A stretch of DNA of 62,912 nucleotides, filler included, from Craspedostauros australis (taxonomy: Eukaryota), in the NCBI GenBank assembly GCA_030167865.1. It is 9 parts of 9 records of this genome, joined end to end, with 100 filler letters (N's around TTAATTAATTAA, not from the genome) between each part and the next. Parts side by side here need not be neighbours in the genome. Positions count along the whole stretch, not along the records: positions 39,376 to 60,127 come from JALAGF010000788.1; positions 60,228 to 61,768 come from JALAGF010000790.1; positions 61,869 to 62,912 come from JALAGF010000792.1; 6 more parts are not named here. One strand, written 5' to 3'. Position 1 is the stretch's first letter; each line of letters starts with the position of its first letter. Shown here one piece after another: positions 59,184-62,912 of the stretch. The position numbers and the translations under genes were made by a program. The notes beneath the pieces were generated by a model that searched no databases, was not told the origin of the DNA, and saw only the letters and a program-made list of their open reading frames with translations.

Positions 59184-60227
59184 TGCTAATTTTTAGACTG
59201 ATTTAGGGACTCAGCCTTTGACAGACGACTACATCGATCCAATTTAACCCTTTGCTGTTCTTTGTTTCAGCAACTTTGTTCCGATTTTGAATTGTTTAGT
59301 CTCTTTTTCAGGTGTTCGGATGAGACCATCCAACAGTCCATCAACGATAGCACTAGTTGTAGAATGTTGGGGGAAGCGGCGAATGCGTGTTTACATGCAT
59401 TCAACCATGTACTAGCCCGATCCGTCATCGGCGTCACGCAACTAGATACTTCGTCATGAAACACCAATGATATCACGATGCGCAACATCAGCAGGTCTGC
59501 TTCTTCGTGGCGAAGTGGTTGAGTGGGGTTGGTACTCCTGGAGTGTTTTGTGTCGTGGTCTTTTTGGACAGTACGTACAATTGTTGGTAAATTTCCACAT
59601 CCCCCAAAATGTGAGGCTGGTCGAGAGTGGCAAACTCGACACACCAAGATGAAAATGGAGCCACACCAAAAAAATACCACAATGGCCGTCCAACGGTATG
59701 CTTGGCGCCGCAACAACCAGCCGGCCAATTCAAGATTCAAGCATATAGCCGTCACCGCCATGCAACCCTTGGTGGGTGGACGAGCGGAGGCGGGAAGAGG
59801 GGTTGATTTGGGGCCGTCGTAGGCCCCAGAAATACGGCCACAATTTGGCTCCAAATCGGCTCGTTGGTTTTGGCCTGTGTGTGCCACACACAGGCCATAT
59901 CAGCGCCTATGGATGCACAAGATGCCTCAAGGAGGCCAAGACAAAGGCACCCTCGAAGTTTGAGGCTCGCGGAGCACCGGGAAGGTGTCCGCGCGGAGGC
60001 AAAGGTGGTCTTGAGGAGTTTTGGTTGGGGCTCGCGTGGCACTGGTCGCGTGGCTTTGGCGGTGAGGGGCGATGGGACGACGCCCCTCAATCGCCAAGCC
60101 ACCCATACAAGGTGCGTGCGACATCAANNNNNNNNNNNNNNNNNNNNNNNNNNNNNNNNNNNNNNNNNNNNTTAATTAATTAANNNNNNNNNNNNNNNNN
60201 NNNNNNNNNNNNNNNNNNNNNNNNNNN

Positions 60228-61768
60228 TCAGCATGGAACAATGCAGAGCACTACGACGCGTGCTTGCGACTGTACCACGCTCGATGTGATGTGGAGCTGT
60301 CGCTGAGCCACTTCGAGGCTGGGTACAAGCTCGGCTACGAAGTGTTGGACAGGGCTCGGTCGCTTGAGGACAAGCTCCCCACGTACTTCGCGATGGCCAA
60401 GGCGCTGGGCAGGGAAGATCGTCATCTGGACGCCCAGCAACTCGACAAACGAGCGCTCCGAGCGATGAAAGAGTTCCCGAAGAGATGGCACTTGCTGCGC
60501 AGCGCCAAGATGCTGCTGGATATCAAGTCGTTCCTGAAGAAGAACACGAACGAGCAGATCATGTCCTTGCCGCTCATGACAGATCCGGGTCAGATCTACA
60601 GCATGAGGATCGGCACCGACTTCGGCATTCGCTCCAACCTCATCCGCAAGGTGGTTCCGTACCTCTTCAATCTGTTCAGGACGATTCAGTGTACCATTCG
60701 GTACGGCATCACCGAAGACGCGGCACCTGCTTTCGGGGCCTATGGTGTTATGATGGCCATGACAGGAGACCAAGCGATGGCACAACGCTGTGCCGATCTT
60801 GCAACCGCAGTCATCGATAAAACCAACGGAAAGTCGAAGAGTGCGATTGTTTCCATCATCAGAACCAACTTCATCTCATCGTTCAACTCTCCTTACCTAG
60901 ACTTGATGCGAGAATGCCGGCAGGGATATAATGATTCGATGGAAGTTGGGGAGTTTGAGATGGGCATCGTGAACTACCAAATCACTATCATGCTGGGTTT
61001 TCAGATTGGAGGCGCATTGCCTCCTCTGATCAAGGCAACACAAGGAGTGCTTCAAAAAATCGACATCCATCAAGTTCGTTCCATGAGCAAAGTGGCTGGG
61101 ATATTGGCCCTGCTGTTTAAGTGGCTGACTGGTGACGAGGCGATCCCATGGCAGGACTTCGAGGCTGAAGCCGCACGAGGTCTCGACAAAGAGTCATTGG
61201 ATCCATCTGAGGTTCCAGCAGATTTGATAAACTTTTATGCTCGGGAGTGGACCCTTGTATACCATCGGCGGTACGAAACTGCGGAACGCCTCTTCGACTC
61301 ATTTGACTTCTTTGCTTCCCAAGACCAAACCTATCTGATGGTTATGGCCTCACCCTTCTTCGCAGGCCTGATCGCGGCGGGAAGGTACAGAGAGACAGGA
61401 CACCGCCGCCATCTCGCAACCCTGCGCAAGTCCATCAAGACCCTCCGCAACATCGGCAAGACCAGAGGAAGGAACTGGATNCACAAGGCATTCTTGCTCG
61501 AGGCTGAAAAGCGCTCGATCACTATCAAGAACAAGCGCCATTCCAGAATCCAGAACGCGTACAACCTGGCGATCGTCACCGCCGCGCAATCTATGTGCGT
61601 CCATGATGTAGCTCTCGCCTGTGAGCTGGCAGGCGAGCACTATGCTCAGAACGATGCCCCAGACCTGGTCAGCGACTACTTCGACAACGCTGTTGATCAC
61701 TACACAGCATGGGGATGCAAGACCAAGGTGGATGACATCAAGGAACGACGTGGCCAATTCGTCACCAC
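60228..61768 (+). CDS. C-terminal helical/TPR-like region of a COG3899-like STAND ATPase; partial at both ends
   Basis: Long uninterrupted frame with RYGITEDA..AFGAYG, SMEVGEFE, LLEAE, AYNLAI..A and DVALACELAGEHY...AVDHYTAWGCKTKV. Confidence 0.7.
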
Positions 61769-61868
61769 NNNNNNNNNNNNNNNNNNNNNNNNNNNNNNNN
61801 NNNNNNNNNNNNTTAATTAATTAANNNNNNNNNNNNNNNNNNNNNNNNNNNNNNNNNNNNNNNNNNNN

Positions 61869-62579
61869 AGACGAGAAAACCATCCGCGGTCTCATTTGGT
61901 CGTACCTGCCGGCCATTCAATCTCTGCTTCCAAACAAGGTAAGTGAAACAAAACTCATACTGGAGCGGATATTTCATGTGCTTTGCTCGAGCTGATCCTC
62001 TCATTCCAATATTTCTTTCCATTCATTCCGATCCCTCATCATCAGGTCATCTGGCCACCAAATACAGCAGAGCTCACAGGAGATGACAAGCACTTCATCA
62101 TTACTGTTGACGGTGTTCATATCAAGATCCACGAACCGAGGATGGATCCAGGAGCAAAGTGGTACTCCCACAAGTCGCACTCGGCCGGACTGACATATGA
62201 GCTTGGGATATCACTCACAGAGAGCAAGCTGGTGTGGATCAATGGTCCATTTCCGGCTTCAACTTCAGATCTTGTGATGTATCGCAAGCCAGGCGGTCTC
62301 AAATCCAAGATCCCACCAAATGCCCTGGTGATTGCAGATGGGGGGTACAACAACGAGCCCACAATCAGTGCCCCAAATCCGTGCGATTCTGCTGCTGTGA
62401 GGAAGTTCAAGAACAGAGCAAGAGCACGGCATGAGAGCTTCAACGGGAGGATAAAGAATTTCAGGGCACTCGCGGGCGGCTACCGGAACCAACTGCACAA
62501 GCATCAGTGCTTATTTGAGACATGCTGTGTTCTGATTCAGTATGAGCTCGACAATGGGCACCCGATATTCGATATCTAA
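61869..62579 (+). mobile_element. PIF/Harbinger-like DDE transposase, 5' truncated, with intron 61939-62045
   Basis: Triad in TVDGVH, IADGGY and RHESFNGRIKNF; WYSHK and WINGPFPA motifs. Phase-0 intron AAG|GTAAGT...CATCAG|GTC joins the frames. Confidence 0.88.
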
Positions 62580-62645
62580 TGGTAATGCAGGTAGAGAACT
62601 GTAGTTGATAACTGTTCCAAATACTTCATGTTACTAATTGGTTGT

Positions 62646-62912
62646 TTAGGCATGAGAAAAGAAGTCTGCGAGTTCATCATCAAAATCCTCAGTCTCACTG
62701 TCACTGTTGCCGTCACTGCTGGGAAGAGTCGTGTTGACTGCGAAGTCGATTGCTGCAGGCTTGCCGTCCTCGACAATCTCTTGAGACTTCATCTTCTTTG
62801 GACTATTATGGGCACCCGTCATGGGAGGAGAACGCTTGAGATGCTGCCCTGGGTCGCCCATGATTGTATCTGCTCTGCGGTTCGAATCCGGAGGGGCGCC
62901 ACAAGCAACAGC
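62646..62912 (-). CDS. 3' end of an ORF convergent on the transposase (acidic tail), possibly the second ORF of the element
   Basis: Frame ends DSETEDFDDELADFFSHA*, 66 nt from the transposase stop. Confidence 0.35.
   Translation of the reverse strand, partial: AVACGAPPDSNRRADTIMGDPGQHLKRSPPMTGAHNSPKKMKSQEIVEDGKPAAIDFAVNTTLPSSDGNSDSETEDFDDELADFFSHA

Noticed and set aside
62870..62901. tRNA-like 3' half GGTTCGAATCCGGAGGGGCGCCA
   Set aside because: T-loop-like motif only. The T-stem is mismatched, no D arm, anticodon arm or matching 5' acceptor strand was found, and it lies antisense within an ORF.

Overview
This is eukaryotic nuclear DNA from a diatom, probably pennate; the species cannot be named from sequence alone. 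The call rests on a silicon transporter, GT-AG introns and diatom-type Copia elements. Nine contigs are joined by eight artificial 100-nt spacers (N44-TTAATTAATTAA-N44), so adjacency across a spacer is not guaranteed. Recognisable genes: TFIIE-beta, a patatin-like lipase, a SIT with one in-frame TGA, GT32 and GT47 glycosyltransferases, a PT-repeat mucin-like membrane protein, a histidine acid phosphatase, sHSP, a Patched/NPC1-like protein, PNGase, a double-HMG-box protein, CYP51, a CHI-fold protein, an alpha/beta hydrolase, a double-GT-like protein and a COG3899-like ATPase fragment. Mobile or decayed DNA: a Copia gag-pol with a candidate LTR, a PIF/Harbinger transposase, a probable LINE relic and an argA pseudogene. 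Most notable: (i) a strong CpG-to-TpG/CpA mutation signature in host-gene copies and repeats; (ii) a 53-aa secreted RXL-type peptide precursor missed by the ORF track; (iii) a ~154-bp AT-rich repeat at both window ends, next to a cluster of palindromes.
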